A stretch of DNA of 47,332 nt. Origin: Christensenellaceae bacterium. GTDB taxonomy: Bacteria > Bacillota > Clostridia > Christensenellales > Borkfalkiaceae. This document shows, one piece after another, positions 38,529-47,332 of this stretch; position 1 is the stretch's first letter; every line of letters begins with the position of its first letter. Location of the stretch: contig JAZQWW010000031.1 in the NCBI GenBank assembly GCA_045632585.1, positions 1-47,332 on the forward strand, given 5' to 3'. Made by a program: the position numbers and the translations under genes. The notes under the pieces are model-generated. The model was not told the origin of the DNA. It saw only the letters and a list, made by a program, of their open reading frames with translations, and made no database searches.

Positions 38529-39671
38529 ATGGCTAAAAAAGTTTCTTCTAAAATAAAATCTAAAGCAAAAAGGCAAGCAAAAAAGGTTGCTAAAAAGCAC
38601 CCCGTGCTTACCTTTTTCATTTTACTCATTTTTGTTTGCGTAGTGGTTGGTGGATATTACGCTTACGAAAAGTTTTATAATGAAACCGATATTTCGGGCG
38701 AACTTTCTATTCACTTTCTAGAATTAGGAAACGAATACGCAGGCGATTGTATTTACGTTAAGGCTGGAGATAACGATATACTTATTGACGCAGGTAGTAG
38801 GGCAAGTAGCGTTTCAACCATTGATAACTATCTAAAGGATTACGTGCTTGACGGGAAACTTGAATACGTTATCGTCACGCACGCAGACAGAGACCATATT
38901 GCAGGCTTTAGTGCAAGTAGCGGTATTTTTGATTTGTACGATTGCGGTCTTATTATAGATTTTCCACGCACCGAAAAAGATACCGATTTATATCATACTT
39001 ACATAGAAAAACGCAACGCTGAAATAGCGCAAGGCGCAACGCATTATAACGCACTTCAATGTTATAATAACCTTGACGGCGCAAGTAGGGTTTATAATCT
39101 TGCCGATAGCGTAAGTTTGGAGATTTTATATAATTTCTATTATGAGAACGACGCTAGTAGTGAAAATGATTATTCCGTTTGTTTTATGATAAAACACGGG
39201 GATAGAAAGTTTTTGTTTACGGGTGATTTAGAAGAAAAGGGTGAAGAATATCTTGTAGAATACAACGCTATATCAAACGTTGACGTTTATAAGGCGGGAC
39301 ATCACGGCTCTAACACTTCGTCGTCAAGCGATTTCTTGTCTGTTATAAATCCAAAAATCGTAGTTGTCACTTGCGTTGCCGGTAGCGTTGAGTATACTCA
39401 AAATTTACAAAATACTTTCCCGACGCAAAACTTTATAAACAACGTTTCAAAACACACCGAAAAGGTATACGTGACTTCGCAAATCGAAATAGAAATGGGA
39501 AGTGACGACAAGTATCACAATAAGGGACAACAAAAGTCACTTAATGGAAACGTCGTAGTCGTTTCTAACTCTAATAGTGAAATTAGCGTAAATTGTTCGG
39601 CAAACGATTTGTATCTAAAAGATAGCGAGTGGTATAAAAATAATAGAGAGCCTGCTACTTGGTGGAATTAA
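38529..39671 (+). CDS. Membrane-anchored MBL-fold hydrolase (ComEC C-terminal-domain-like)
   Basis: Basic N-terminus plus one TM helix. LIDAGS, VTHADRDHIAG, FTGDLE, AGHHGS motifs. Confidence 0.8.
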   Translation: MAKKVSSKIKSKAKRQAKKVAKKHPVLTFFILLIFVCVVVGGYYAYEKFYNETDISGELSIHFLELGNEYAGDCIYVKAGDNDILIDAGSRASSVSTIDNYLKDYVLDGKLEYVIVTHADRDHIAGFSASSGIFDLYDCGLIIDFPRTEKDTDLYHTYIEKRNAEIAQGATHYNALQCYNNLDGASRVYNLADSVSLEILYNFYYENDASSENDYSVCFMIKHGDRKFLFTGDLEEKGEEYLVEYNAISNVDVYKAGHHGSNTSSSSDFLSVINPKIVVVTCVAGSVEYTQNLQNTFPTQNFINNVSKHTEKVYVTSQIEIEMGSDDKYHNKGQQKSLNGNVVVVSNSNSEISVNCSANDLYLKDSEWYKNNREPATWWN

Positions 39672-39674
39672 AAG

Positions 39675-39704
39675 CGAATAAAAAAACTATTAGTCTACAT
39701 ACTA
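39675..39704 (+). promoter_or_regulatory. Forespore sigma-G-type promoter of spoVT
   Basis: cGAATA, 17 nt, CATACTA. This matches the B. subtilis sigma-G consensus GHATR-N17/18-CATXHTA and sits 20 nt upstream of the ATG. Confidence 0.55.
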
Positions 39705-39724
39705 CGTTCATAAGGAGCGTGTAG

Positions 39725-40264
39725 ATGACGGGTATTATTAGAAGAATAGACCACTTGGGAAGGGTAGTCGTTCCCAAAGAAATGCGAAAATCATTAAGAA
39801 TAAAGGACGGAGACCCACTAGAAATAGTTAAAGACGGCGGTGGAATCGTTTTAAGAAAATATTCGCCTTTAGAAAATATCGTCACGGTGGCTGAATCAGT
39901 TGCTAAATCAATTTACGAAATTACTGAAAAAGTTTGTGTGATTACCGATACTGATAAAGTTATTTATGCCGTGGGTAAGGCTAAAGAACTGATAGGTGAC
40001 TCTTTGAGCAAAAAACTAACTAAAGCGCTTGAAGAGAGAAAAAGTTTAATACTTTCAAACGGTGGTGGTAGCGAAGTAATTTCTATTACCGAAGAAAATA
40101 AAATAGACTATAAAAGCCAAATTATCGTGCCTATTATAAACGGTGGAGATTGCTATGGTGCAATAATCGTTATTGATAGCGCAACCAATTTAGAATTTAA
40201 CGCTAAAGATTTGAATCTTATTAGACTTGGTGCGAATTTGCTATCCGAACAGTTTGGCGTTTAA
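39725..40264 (+). CDS. spoVT: Stage V sporulation protein T (AbrB-family regulator with GAF-like domain)
   Basis: GIIRRIDHLGRVVVPKEMRKSLRIKDGDPLEI (SpoVT/AbrB swapped-hairpin N-terminus), 179 aa. A sigma-G-type promoter lies upstream. Confidence 0.92.
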   Translation: MTGIIRRIDHLGRVVVPKEMRKSLRIKDGDPLEIVKDGGGIVLRKYSPLENIVTVAESVAKSIYEITEKVCVITDTDKVIYAVGKAKELIGDSLSKKLTKALEERKSLILSNGGGSEVISITEENKIDYKSQIIVPIINGGDCYGAIIVIDSATNLEFNAKDLNLIRLGANLLSEQFGV

Positions 40265-40269
40265 CATTT

Positions 40270-40295
40270 CCCACATCTTATGGTGTGGGTTTTTA
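40270..40295 (+). terminator. Hairpin terminator after spoVT
   Basis: CCCACA / TGTGGG stem, 8-nt loop, T5 tract. Confidence 0.55.
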
Positions 40296-40298
40296 CAT

Positions 40299-41633
40299 AT
40301 GTTAGGCAAAAACGCAATCTTAAAAGGCGCATTTATACTAGGAGTTGGTGCATTTATAGCAAAACTTTTAGGTGCAATATATCGTGTTCCACTTACCAAT
40401 TTGATAGGTGGGTATGGATTAGGGCTTTATCAAATGGTTTTTCCAGTCTATAGCCTTCTTCTTGATTTTGCAGGTGCAGGCGCGCCAAACGCTATTGCCA
40501 AATTAACTTCGTCAACTGACCAAATAAACAACAAAAAAATACTTAAGGTAAGTAAAATTCTTCTATCAAGTTTAGGAGTATTATCTTTTTTTATTATGTT
40601 GGTTTTTTCTGGTTTAATTTCTAGGGCGCAGGGCAATATTGATGCAAAATTTGCGTATATTACGTTATCGCCTGCAATAATTGCCGTTGCGCTTATCTCT
40701 TGCTATCGTGGCTATTTTCAAGGTCAATCGAATATGACGCCAACAGCAATCTCACAGGTTATAGAACAACTTGTAAAAATCGGCTTAGGTATTATTTTGG
40801 TTTATCTCTATAGAGAAAACGTTGTAAAAAGCGTTTCTATGGCAACGCTTGCTATTACGGTTTCAGAATTCGTTGCACTCCTTTTTTTAGTTTGGCTTTT
40901 TAGAAGTAAAAACGATAAATCTTTATTTTTTAAGATTGAAAAAAATGAGTTTAAAAATATTTCGATAAAAATTATTCAATACACTTTACCAGTCGCTTTA
41001 ACAGGGATAATAATTCCTTTTTCGCAGGTTGCCGATAGTTTTATAATAATTAACGGACTTAAAAGATATTCAAGCAAAGCAACGACTTTGTATGGTCTTT
41101 TATCGGGCGTAGCGCTAACGGTTATAAATCTTCCCGTGTCGTTATGCTACGGCGTTGCAACTAGTTCAATACCTGAAATTTCAAAAGAAAATAATAATCT
41201 AGAAAAAATTAAAAATGTAAAAAAATCTCTCTATATTACTTTTGCCTTGTCTTTTATGTTTGCTTTATTATCGGCGTTTTTTTCTAGAATTATTGTAAAT
41301 ATTCTTTTTAGAAATTTAAGTGGCACGGAAAAAGACTTATGCGTCAAACTTATTAAACTATTATCGATAACGATAACGCTTTTATCCGTTTTGCAAACAA
41401 CTAACGCCGTGCTAATTGCTGTAGAAATGATTTATAGACCTGTTATTTCAATGACGATTGGGGTGTTTTTTAAGCTTATTATAGAATTTTTATTGCTAAA
41501 AATTGAAAGCGTAAACATTTACGCAGGAGCAATAGGCTTAATTACTTGCTATTTTATCGCAGTTTTGATAAACTTAATAACTGTAAGGGTTAAAGTGATT
41601 AAAAATGCAAGTAAAACCAATTCAAATAGGTGA
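40299..41633 (+). CDS. MOP-superfamily polysaccharide/lipid II flippase (SpoVB/YabM-like)
   Basis: NAILKGAFILGVGAFIAKLLGAIYRVPLTNLIGGYGLGLYQ N-terminus, ~12-14 TM. Follows spoVT as yabM does in B. subtilis. The start is uncertain (no SD; TTG 40227 is an alternative). Confidence 0.8.
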   Translation: MLGKNAILKGAFILGVGAFIAKLLGAIYRVPLTNLIGGYGLGLYQMVFPVYSLLLDFAGAGAPNAIAKLTSSTDQINNKKILKVSKILLSSLGVLSFFIMLVFSGLISRAQGNIDAKFAYITLSPAIIAVALISCYRGYFQGQSNMTPTAISQVIEQLVKIGLGIILVYLYRENVVKSVSMATLAITVSEFVALLFLVWLFRSKNDKSLFFKIEKNEFKNISIKIIQYTLPVALTGIIIPFSQVADSFIIINGLKRYSSKATTLYGLLSGVALTVINLPVSLCYGVATSSIPEISKENNNLEKIKNVKKSLYITFALSFMFALLSAFFSRIIVNILFRNLSGTEKDLCVKLIKLLSITITLLSVLQTTNAVLIAVEMIYRPVISMTIGVFFKLIIEFLLLKIESVNIYAGAIGLITCYFIAVLINLITVRVKVIKNASKTNSNR

Positions 41634-42543
41634 AGTCCTAACTAAAAATAATATATTTCTTGCCCCAATAGCAGGGTTTACGAACTATCCGTTTAGGCAT
41701 TTGCTTTTGCCAAACGGCGTAGGTTTTTGCTTTACTGAACTCGTTAGCGCAAAAGGGCTATTTTTCGGTGGAAAGAATTCTGAAGAATTATTGTTTGCAG
41801 AAGGGGACTATGATTTTACTGGTGCGCAAATTTTCGGTAGTGACCCTTACTATATGCAAAAAGCGTGTGAAAGCGAATACCTTCAAAAATTTAAGGTTGT
41901 CGATATAAATATGGGTTGTCCCGTACCAAAACTATATAAAAACGGAGAAGGTTGCGCATTGCTTTCGGATATACGTCTTGCTGAAAGTATCATCAAGGCG
42001 TGCGTTAAAAGTGGTAAAATTATTACCGTTAAGATAAGGATTGGACTCAAATACGGTGACGATATTGCAAGTGAGTACGCCAAAATGGCTGAAGATAACG
42101 GTGCGTCGCTAATTACTATTCACGGAAGAGTTAGAGAAGCCTATTATTCCGGTGAAGTTGATTTTAATGCAATAGAAAAAGCCAAAAAAAGCGTTAATAT
42201 TCCCGTTATTGCAAACGGTGGGATTTTCACGACGGAAGATGCAGATATTATGATGGATAGAACGGGCGCTGACGGCGTTATGCTTGCCCGTGGTGCAATC
42301 GCTGATATAAATTTATTTCAAAAATTACTAAATAGCGACAAAACAATTCCTATTAAAGAATTTGCCGAACAGTTTATTTTATCATTTAGCCAAAGAGTTG
42401 GAGGGAAAAGGGCTTGCACGGAGTTCAGGAAATTTGCAGGATATTTTTATAAAGGGATAAGAGATAGTAAGATTGCTAGAAATGAAATAAATTCTACTGA
42501 AAATATATCGGATATAATAGAAATATTAAGGAAAACTCTTTAA
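41605..42543 (+). CDS. dus: tRNA-dihydrouridine synthase
   Basis: LAPIAGFTNYPFR, DINMGCPV (catalytic Cys), ITIHGR, IANGGI motifs. Confidence 0.9.
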   Translation: MQVKPIQIGEVLTKNNIFLAPIAGFTNYPFRHLLLPNGVGFCFTELVSAKGLFFGGKNSEELLFAEGDYDFTGAQIFGSDPYYMQKACESEYLQKFKVVDINMGCPVPKLYKNGEGCALLSDIRLAESIIKACVKSGKIITVKIRIGLKYGDDIASEYAKMAEDNGASLITIHGRVREAYYSGEVDFNAIEKAKKSVNIPVIANGGIFTTEDADIMMDRTGADGVMLARGAIADINLFQKLLNSDKTIPIKEFAEQFILSFSQRVGGKRACTEFRKFAGYFYKGIRDSKIARNEINSTENISDIIEILRKTL

Positions 42544-42597
42544 CAAAATAACCCCTTTAAAAATACTATGATAGTATAATATTTTTGGGGAAAATTG

Positions 42598-43278
42598 ATG
42601 GAAATTTGTTTTGTTTTAAAGGAAACTCTTAACGCCGTTTGGCAGGAGAAAATTGACGAGATTGCAGGAAGCGACGTAATAGTTTTCGGGTTTAACGGTC
42701 TTGGCTTAGTTAGTTATAAAAAAGAACTATCTGGTGAAACCGAATATTTTCACGACGTAGCAAAACTTTCAAAGCAACTATCGTCGGTTATAGTATGTGG
42801 ATGTGACACTGATAATTACGGAGTGTTTAGGCATTCTTGCGTAATCGCTGATAAAGGAAAACTTCTTGGCGTTTCGGATATGACGCACGTAATCGACCAA
42901 AGTGAATTTTCAGCTGGTGGCAATTTGAGAGTTTACGATACTAGTGCAGGGAAATTAGGTATTATCGTTTGCGAAGACGTATTTTTTCCTGAAACCGTCA
43001 GAGTGTTGGCTCTTTGTGACGCGGATATATTGATTTGCGTATATAAAAAACTTGAAAATAGTATTCCACAACTAATGATTAAGGCTGGAGCGTTTTCTAA
43101 CGGACTTCCTATCGCTCTTTGTGCCAATAATTACGTTGCCGTTAGCGATATAAAGGGTGAAATTAAGATTTCAGGCTCTAAAAATATAATTAAAACTAAA
43201 ATAAAATTAGAAAAAGATTTTCATTTGATAAGTTCTAGAAGAAGGGGATTATATAAGGATTTCAATTCTGGATACTAA
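42598..43278 (+). CDS. Carbon-nitrogen hydrolase (nitrilase superfamily)-like protein
   Basis: GKLGIIVCEDVFFPE matches the Cys motif of the CN-hydrolase fold. By eye, the expected upstream Glu and Lys motifs are not evident. Confidence 0.6.
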   Translation: MEICFVLKETLNAVWQEKIDEIAGSDVIVFGFNGLGLVSYKKELSGETEYFHDVAKLSKQLSSVIVCGCDTDNYGVFRHSCVIADKGKLLGVSDMTHVIDQSEFSAGGNLRVYDTSAGKLGIIVCEDVFFPETVRVLALCDADILICVYKKLENSIPQLMIKAGAFSNGLPIALCANNYVAVSDIKGEIKISGSKNIIKTKIKLEKDFHLISSRRRGLYKDFNSGY

Positions 43279-43288
43279 AGGAGTAAAA

Positions 43289-43780
43289 ATGGCGTTTAAC
43301 ATAGTATTAGTTGAACCGGAAATTCCACAAAACGTGGGGAATATTGCTAGAACCTGCGCCGTCACCGGCTGTAGTTTACATTTAATTAGACCACTTGGTT
43401 TTGAAATTACGGACAAGCATCTTAAAAGGGCTGGGCTTGATTACTGGCAGTATTTAGATATCACTTATTACGATAGCATTGAAGAACTAATGCAAAAGTA
43501 TTATAAAGGTGATAATTTTTACTTTTTTTCTACAAAATCTAAGCGTGTTCACTCTGACGCAAAATATAAAGACGGGGATTTTTTGGTTTTTGGTAAAGAA
43601 ACTAAAGGTCTTGACGAAAAATTATTAGAAAAACATTATAACGAATGCGTGAGAATTCCTATGATGAACGATTTGCGTTCACTCAATTTATCAAACTCGG
43701 TTGCTATCGGTGTTTACGAAGGCTTAAGACAACTTGGCTATCCTTTTATGAATACCGAAGGGCATTTAACAAAAAAATAA
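43289..43780 (+). CDS. trmL: tRNA (cytidine/uridine-2'-O)-methyltransferase TrmL (SpoU/TrmH family)
   Basis: IVLVEPEIPQNVGNIARTCA, FGKETKGL, LNLSNSVAI (SPOUT knot motifs). 163 aa. Confidence 0.9.
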   Translation: MAFNIVLVEPEIPQNVGNIARTCAVTGCSLHLIRPLGFEITDKHLKRAGLDYWQYLDITYYDSIEELMQKYYKGDNFYFFSTKSKRVHSDAKYKDGDFLVFGKETKGLDEKLLEKHYNECVRIPMMNDLRSLNLSNSVAIGVYEGLRQLGYPFMNTEGHLTKK

Positions 43781-43786
43781 TTCAAG

Positions 43787-43811
43787 CCACTTCTTAAGAA
43801 GTGGTTTTTTG
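43787..43811 (+). terminator. Rho-independent terminator after trmL
   Basis: CCACTTC / GAAGTGG stem, TTAA loop, T6 tract. Confidence 0.7.
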
Positions 43812-43822
43812 CATTAAAATAG

Positions 43823-43852
43823 TTGACACGTATTGATTGAAATTGTTAAAAT
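43823..43852 (+). promoter_or_regulatory. Sigma-A-type promoter of the Na/Pi transporter-pgk-tpiA unit
   Basis: TTGACA, 18 nt, TGtTAAAAT. Confidence 0.5.
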
Positions 43853-43923
43853 AAGTATAGTGAGAAAATTCGTTGCAAAACAACTTAATATAATACAAAT
43901 GAATTATTGGAGAAAATAGTTTA

Positions 43924-45591
43924 ATGACTTTAATTTGGAACTTGTTTTTTATGTTTGGTGGCGTAGCCGTTATGATGATGGGTATGTCGCTAATGGGAAG
44001 CGGGCTTGAAAAGTTTGCAGGTAGTAAAATGAAAAATCTACTTGGCAAGGTGACTAGTAATCGTTTTGCTGGGATAGGTGTTGGTACGGCGGTGACGTCA
44101 ATTATTCAAAGTTCAACTGCAACCACCGTTATGTTAGTAGGTTTCGTTAATATAGGGCTACTTAACCTTTCTCAAGCAACTTCTATTATAATGGGCGCGA
44201 ATATCGGTACGACGGTGACTGCGCATATCGTTTCTCTTTCCGGTGTGGGCGCCATTGATATCGGCGCTATCGCGGCGTTTATAGGTTGCGTGGGCGTGTT
44301 AATGTCAATGCTACTTAAAGATGAGAAAGCAAAGAATATAGGCACAATTCTAGGTGGGCTTGGAATTTTGTTCGTAGGTCTTGAGTTTATATCAACCTAT
44401 GCAAAACTCATTATGTTTAAGGATGGACTACCGCTAGCTTGGGTAAATAAAATTTTCTTAAAAGACCACTCGCCGTTGCTACTGATTTTAATAGGTATAA
44501 TTATAACGGCTCTAGTACATAGTTCTTCAACGATTACCAGTTTAATGGTAGTTCTTGCAAGTATTGGTGGTTTATCTTTCGGAAATGCGCTTTTCCTAGC
44601 GCTTGGCTCTAATATCGGTACTTGCGTCACTGCAATTCTTTCTTCTGCCGGAACTTCGGTAAACGCAAAAAGAACTGCTGTAGTACATCTTGGCTTTAAC
44701 ACTTTCGGTTGTTTAATTACGATGGTTCCCATTTGGTTATTCAAATCGGAAATCACAGCGTTTTTTGCATCGATAAGCTCCGATATCGGTCAACAAATAG
44801 CAGTTTTTCATACCTTGTTTAACGTTATCGTGACGATTATCCTTATTCCGTTTACAAATCAAATAGTTAAATTAGTTTGTTTAATCGTAAAAGATAAAGA
44901 GGTAGTAGACGAAAAGTACAAGCTTCATTATATAGATATGCGTATGCTAGAATCAGCGCCTATTGCGGTAAGTAGCATTAAAGACGAAATTATAAGAATG
45001 AGCAAGGTTTCTATTGAAAACTTAAATCTTTCTATTAATATGCTTACCGACAACACTGTGGAAAAGCAAAACGAAATTCGAGAAAACGAAAAACTAATAA
45101 ATTACCTAAACAAAAGCATAACTGCATATTTAACGAAACTTATGGGCAAAAATCTTTCGATAGTAAACGACAACAAAGTTGGAAGTTATTATCACGTCGT
45201 TTCCGATATTGAAAGGGTAGGAGACTACGCAGAAAATATTATGGAATACGCTGAAAGATTAAGAAAAGAAGACGCCGATTTATCAAAAGACGCCAAAACT
45301 GAGCTTTTATCGTTTACCGATATGGTTAACGAACTCTACGAAAAGACTATTACGGCGTTTGATTTAAGAGATACTTCTTTCCTTGATGAAGTTGATAGTA
45401 TTGAAGATAAGATTGATAACATTTGTAGAGAACTTGAAGACAAGCATATCGAAAGACTTAAAGGTGGACTTTGTTCAGCGTCTATCGGCTCAATATATCT
45501 TCAAACCGTATCTAATCTTGAACGCGTTGGTGACCATATAACTAACGTCGCGTTCAGTATCAAAAAGTACGCTAAAGAAACAAAAAATTAA
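43924..45591 (+). CDS. Na+/phosphate cotransporter family protein with C-terminal PhoU-like repeats
   Basis: Duplicated QSSTATT / HSSSTIT NaPi-II motifs in the membrane domain. C-terminal ERVGDYAEN and ERVGDHITN PhoU-type repeats. Confidence 0.88.
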   Translation: MTLIWNLFFMFGGVAVMMMGMSLMGSGLEKFAGSKMKNLLGKVTSNRFAGIGVGTAVTSIIQSSTATTVMLVGFVNIGLLNLSQATSIIMGANIGTTVTAHIVSLSGVGAIDIGAIAAFIGCVGVLMSMLLKDEKAKNIGTILGGLGILFVGLEFISTYAKLIMFKDGLPLAWVNKIFLKDHSPLLLILIGIIITALVHSSSTITSLMVVLASIGGLSFGNALFLALGSNIGTCVTAILSSAGTSVNAKRTAVVHLGFNTFGCLITMVPIWLFKSEITAFFASISSDIGQQIAVFHTLFNVIVTIILIPFTNQIVKLVCLIVKDKEVVDEKYKLHYIDMRMLESAPIAVSSIKDEIIRMSKVSIENLNLSINMLTDNTVEKQNEIRENEKLINYLNKSITAYLTKLMGKNLSIVNDNKVGSYYHVVSDIERVGDYAENIMEYAERLRKEDADLSKDAKTELLSFTDMVNELYEKTITAFDLRDTSFLDEVDSIEDKIDNICRELEDKHIERLKGGLCSASIGSIYLQTVSNLERVGDHITNVAFSIKKYAKETKN

Positions 45592-45616
45592 GTTAAAAAT
45601 TATCGGAGGATAAATT

Positions 45617-46927
45617 ATGAATAAAAAATCAATTAAAGACGTAAACCTTAAAGGTAAAAGATGCCTAGTAAGAGTGGATTTTAACGTTCCTATGAAAGAC
45701 GGCGTTATTACCGACGAAACCCGTATTAACGGTGCGCTTCCAACTATTAAGTATTTAATAGAACAAGGCGCAAAAGTTATTCTATGTTCGCATATGGGAA
45801 AACCACATAATATTTTTACCGAAGGTTTTTCTTTGACTAAAAAAGAAAAGAAAGCAGTTGAAGCCCTTCCTGAAAGCGAAAGAGAAAGCGCTAAAGCAGA
45901 ATATCTTAAAAAAGCACTAAAAGATAAAGAAAAATACACGCTCGCTCCAGTTGCTAAAAAACTTTCTGAAAAATTAGGACAAGAAGTAGTTTTCGCTACC
46001 GACGTTGTAGGTGAATCTGCTGATAAAGCCGTTGCAAATATTAAAGACGGTGAAGTTGTTCTTCTAGAAAACACTCGTTTTGAAGCAGGCGAAGAAAAGA
46101 GAGACGAAGCGCTATGCAAAAAACTTGCATCATACTGCGACGTTTACGTAAACGACGCTTTCGGTACGGCTCACCGTTCGCATGCAACTACCGCTGCTAT
46201 CGTTGAATATGGTTTCGTTGATACGGCAGTTTGTGGTTTCCTTATTGAAAAAGAACTTGCTGTTATGGCAAACGCTTTAGAAAACCCAGTTAGACCTTTC
46301 GTTGCTATTCTAGGTGGCGCTAAGGTTGCTGATAAACTAAAAGTTATTTCTAACCTTCTTGAAAAATGCGATACTTTAGTTATCGGTGGTGGTATGGCTT
46401 ACACCTTCTTAAAGGCTAAAGGCTACGAAGTTGGTACTTCACTCGTTGACGACGAACAAATCGGCTACTGCAACGAAATGATGGCAAAGGCTAAAGAACT
46501 TGGCAAAACTCTTCTTCTTCCAATCGACGTAAACGTGACTAAAGACTTCCCAAATCCTATTGATGCGGTTGTTGATTGCGTAGAATACTCAGTTGATGCT
46601 ATTCCAGCAGACAAAATGGGACTAGATATCGGTTCAAAAACTGCTGCTCTTTACGCTGACGCCGTTAAGAGTGCTAAGACCGTTATTTGGAACGGACCTA
46701 TGGGCGTGTTTGAAAATCCTATTTTTGCTAAAGGAACTATTGCAGTTGCTAAGGCTTTAGCAGAGGCTGAAGGTACTACTATTATCGGTGGTGGTGACTC
46801 GGCGGCTGCAGTGACGACGCTTGGTTTTGCTGATAAGATGACGCATATTTCTACCGGTGGTGGTGCATCACTTGAACTTTTCGAAGGAAAGAAACTTCCT
46901 GGTATCGAATGCTTAAATAACAAATAA
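45617..46927 (+). CDS. pgk: Phosphoglycerate kinase (with an internal insertion)
   Basis: [35 protein letters not shown] motifs. 436 aa, versus the ~395-400 aa I expect for bacterial PGK. Confidence 0.95.
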   Translation: MNKKSIKDVNLKGKRCLVRVDFNVPMKDGVITDETRINGALPTIKYLIEQGAKVILCSHMGKPHNIFTEGFSLTKKEKKAVEALPESERESAKAEYLKKALKDKEKYTLAPVAKKLSEKLGQEVVFATDVVGESADKAVANIKDGEVVLLENTRFEAGEEKRDEALCKKLASYCDVYVNDAFGTAHRSHATTAAIVEYGFVDTAVCGFLIEKELAVMANALENPVRPFVAILGGAKVADKLKVISNLLEKCDTLVIGGGMAYTFLKAKGYEVGTSLVDDEQIGYCNEMMAKAKELGKTLLLPIDVNVTKDFPNPIDAVVDCVEYSVDAIPADKMGLDIGSKTAALYADAVKSAKTVIWNGPMGVFENPIFAKGTIAVAKALAEAEGTTIIGGGDSAAAVTTLGFADKMTHISTGGGASLELFEGKKLPGIECLNNK

Positions 46928-46954
46928 TATATTTTAACTAATTAGGAGTACGAT

Positions 46955-47332
46955 ATGAGAAAACCTATTATTGCAGGAAACTGGAAAATGAACAAAAACA
47001 AAGCCGAAACCGAGGCTTTAATCAACGAACTTAAACCACTTATCGCTAAAGCAAAATGCGAAGTTGTAGTTTGTGTGCCTTTTACTGATTTATGGTCGGC
47101 TAAAGAAGCAATTAAGGGTAGCAAAATTAAACTTGGCGCTCAAAACGTTGCTTGGGCAGATAACGGTGCTTTTACTGGCGAAATTTCTGCTGATATGCTT
47201 GCGGATTTTGGTGTAGAATACGTTATTTTAGGACATAGCGAAAGAAGACAATACTTTGGCGAAACCGACGAAAGCGTTAATAAAAGACTTAAACAAGCGC
47301 TTAAAAAGGGTTTAAAGCCAATCGTTTGCGTT
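46955..47332 (+). CDS. tpiA: Triosephosphate isomerase, 3'-truncated by the window edge
   Basis: Not in the ORF track (no stop within the window). The ATG is 7 nt after AGGAG. MRKPIIAGNWKMN, ILGHSERR. The frame is open to nt 47332. Confidence 0.93.
   Translation, partial: MRKPIIAGNWKMNKNKAETEALINELKPLIAKAKCEVVVCVPFTDLWSAKEAIKGSKIKLGAQNVAWADNGAFTGEISADMLADFGVEYVILGHSERRQYFGETDESVNKRLKQALKKGLKPIVCV

Noticed and set aside
43794-44048. 84-aa minus-strand ORF over the Na/Pi transporter promoter and 5' end
   Set aside because: It overlaps a terminator, a promoter and the start of a well-supported gene, and has no RBS.
45490-46119. 209-aa minus-strand ORF overlapping the Na/Pi transporter end and pgk
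   Set aside because: It is antisense to two well-supported genes, Ser/Ala/Phe-rich with low complexity typical of a shadow frame, and has no RBS or motifs.

Overview
AT-rich, densely packed chromosomal segment from an endospore-forming Firmicute (Clostridia-like; spoIIE, spoVT, a SpoVB/YabM-type flippase and a sigma-G-type promoter are present). I call 42 protein genes, almost all housekeeping. In order: a 5'-truncated LRR surface protein; the conserved rpsB-tsf-pyrH-frr-uppS-cdsA-dxr-rseP block; gdhA; a small unknown membrane protein; serA-serC (minus strand); rnj-trmR-U32; an AraC/GH3/CapA-like cassette; tetR divergent from feoA-feoB plus a 54-codon Cys-rich ORF absent from the ORF track; a ParE/ParC-like topoisomerase pair; ychF; argS; a HAD hydrolase; an HI0933-type flavoprotein; rho plus an orphan DNA methyltransferase; spoIIE; ddh; a ComEC-like MBL hydrolase; spoVT; a MOP flippase; dus; a CN-hydrolase-like protein; trmL; a Na/Pi transporter; pgk; and tpiA (3'-truncated). 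Many listed ORF starts are over-extended, and I re-set them using RBS position and conserved N-termini. I saw no rRNA, tRNA, CRISPR array, transposase, integrase or long repeat. I do not find a convincing novel multi-gene system, and the window reads as ordinary core genome. The items most worth a second look are modest: (1) a stand-alone promoter-leader-terminator unit abutting the RBS of the unknown membrane protein (9454-9617); (2) the orphan beta-class methyltransferase coupled to rho and ending 1 nt from spoIIE; (3) the feo control region, with a perfect 10-2-10 palindrome, a Fur-like box and a divergent tetR; (4) two regulators that lack an SD and look leaderless; (5) lineage-specific insertions or extensions in RNase J, Rho and PGK; (6) a CN-hydrolase-like protein with an apparently incomplete catalytic triad. 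All functional calls come from reading motifs by eye. No database search was run.
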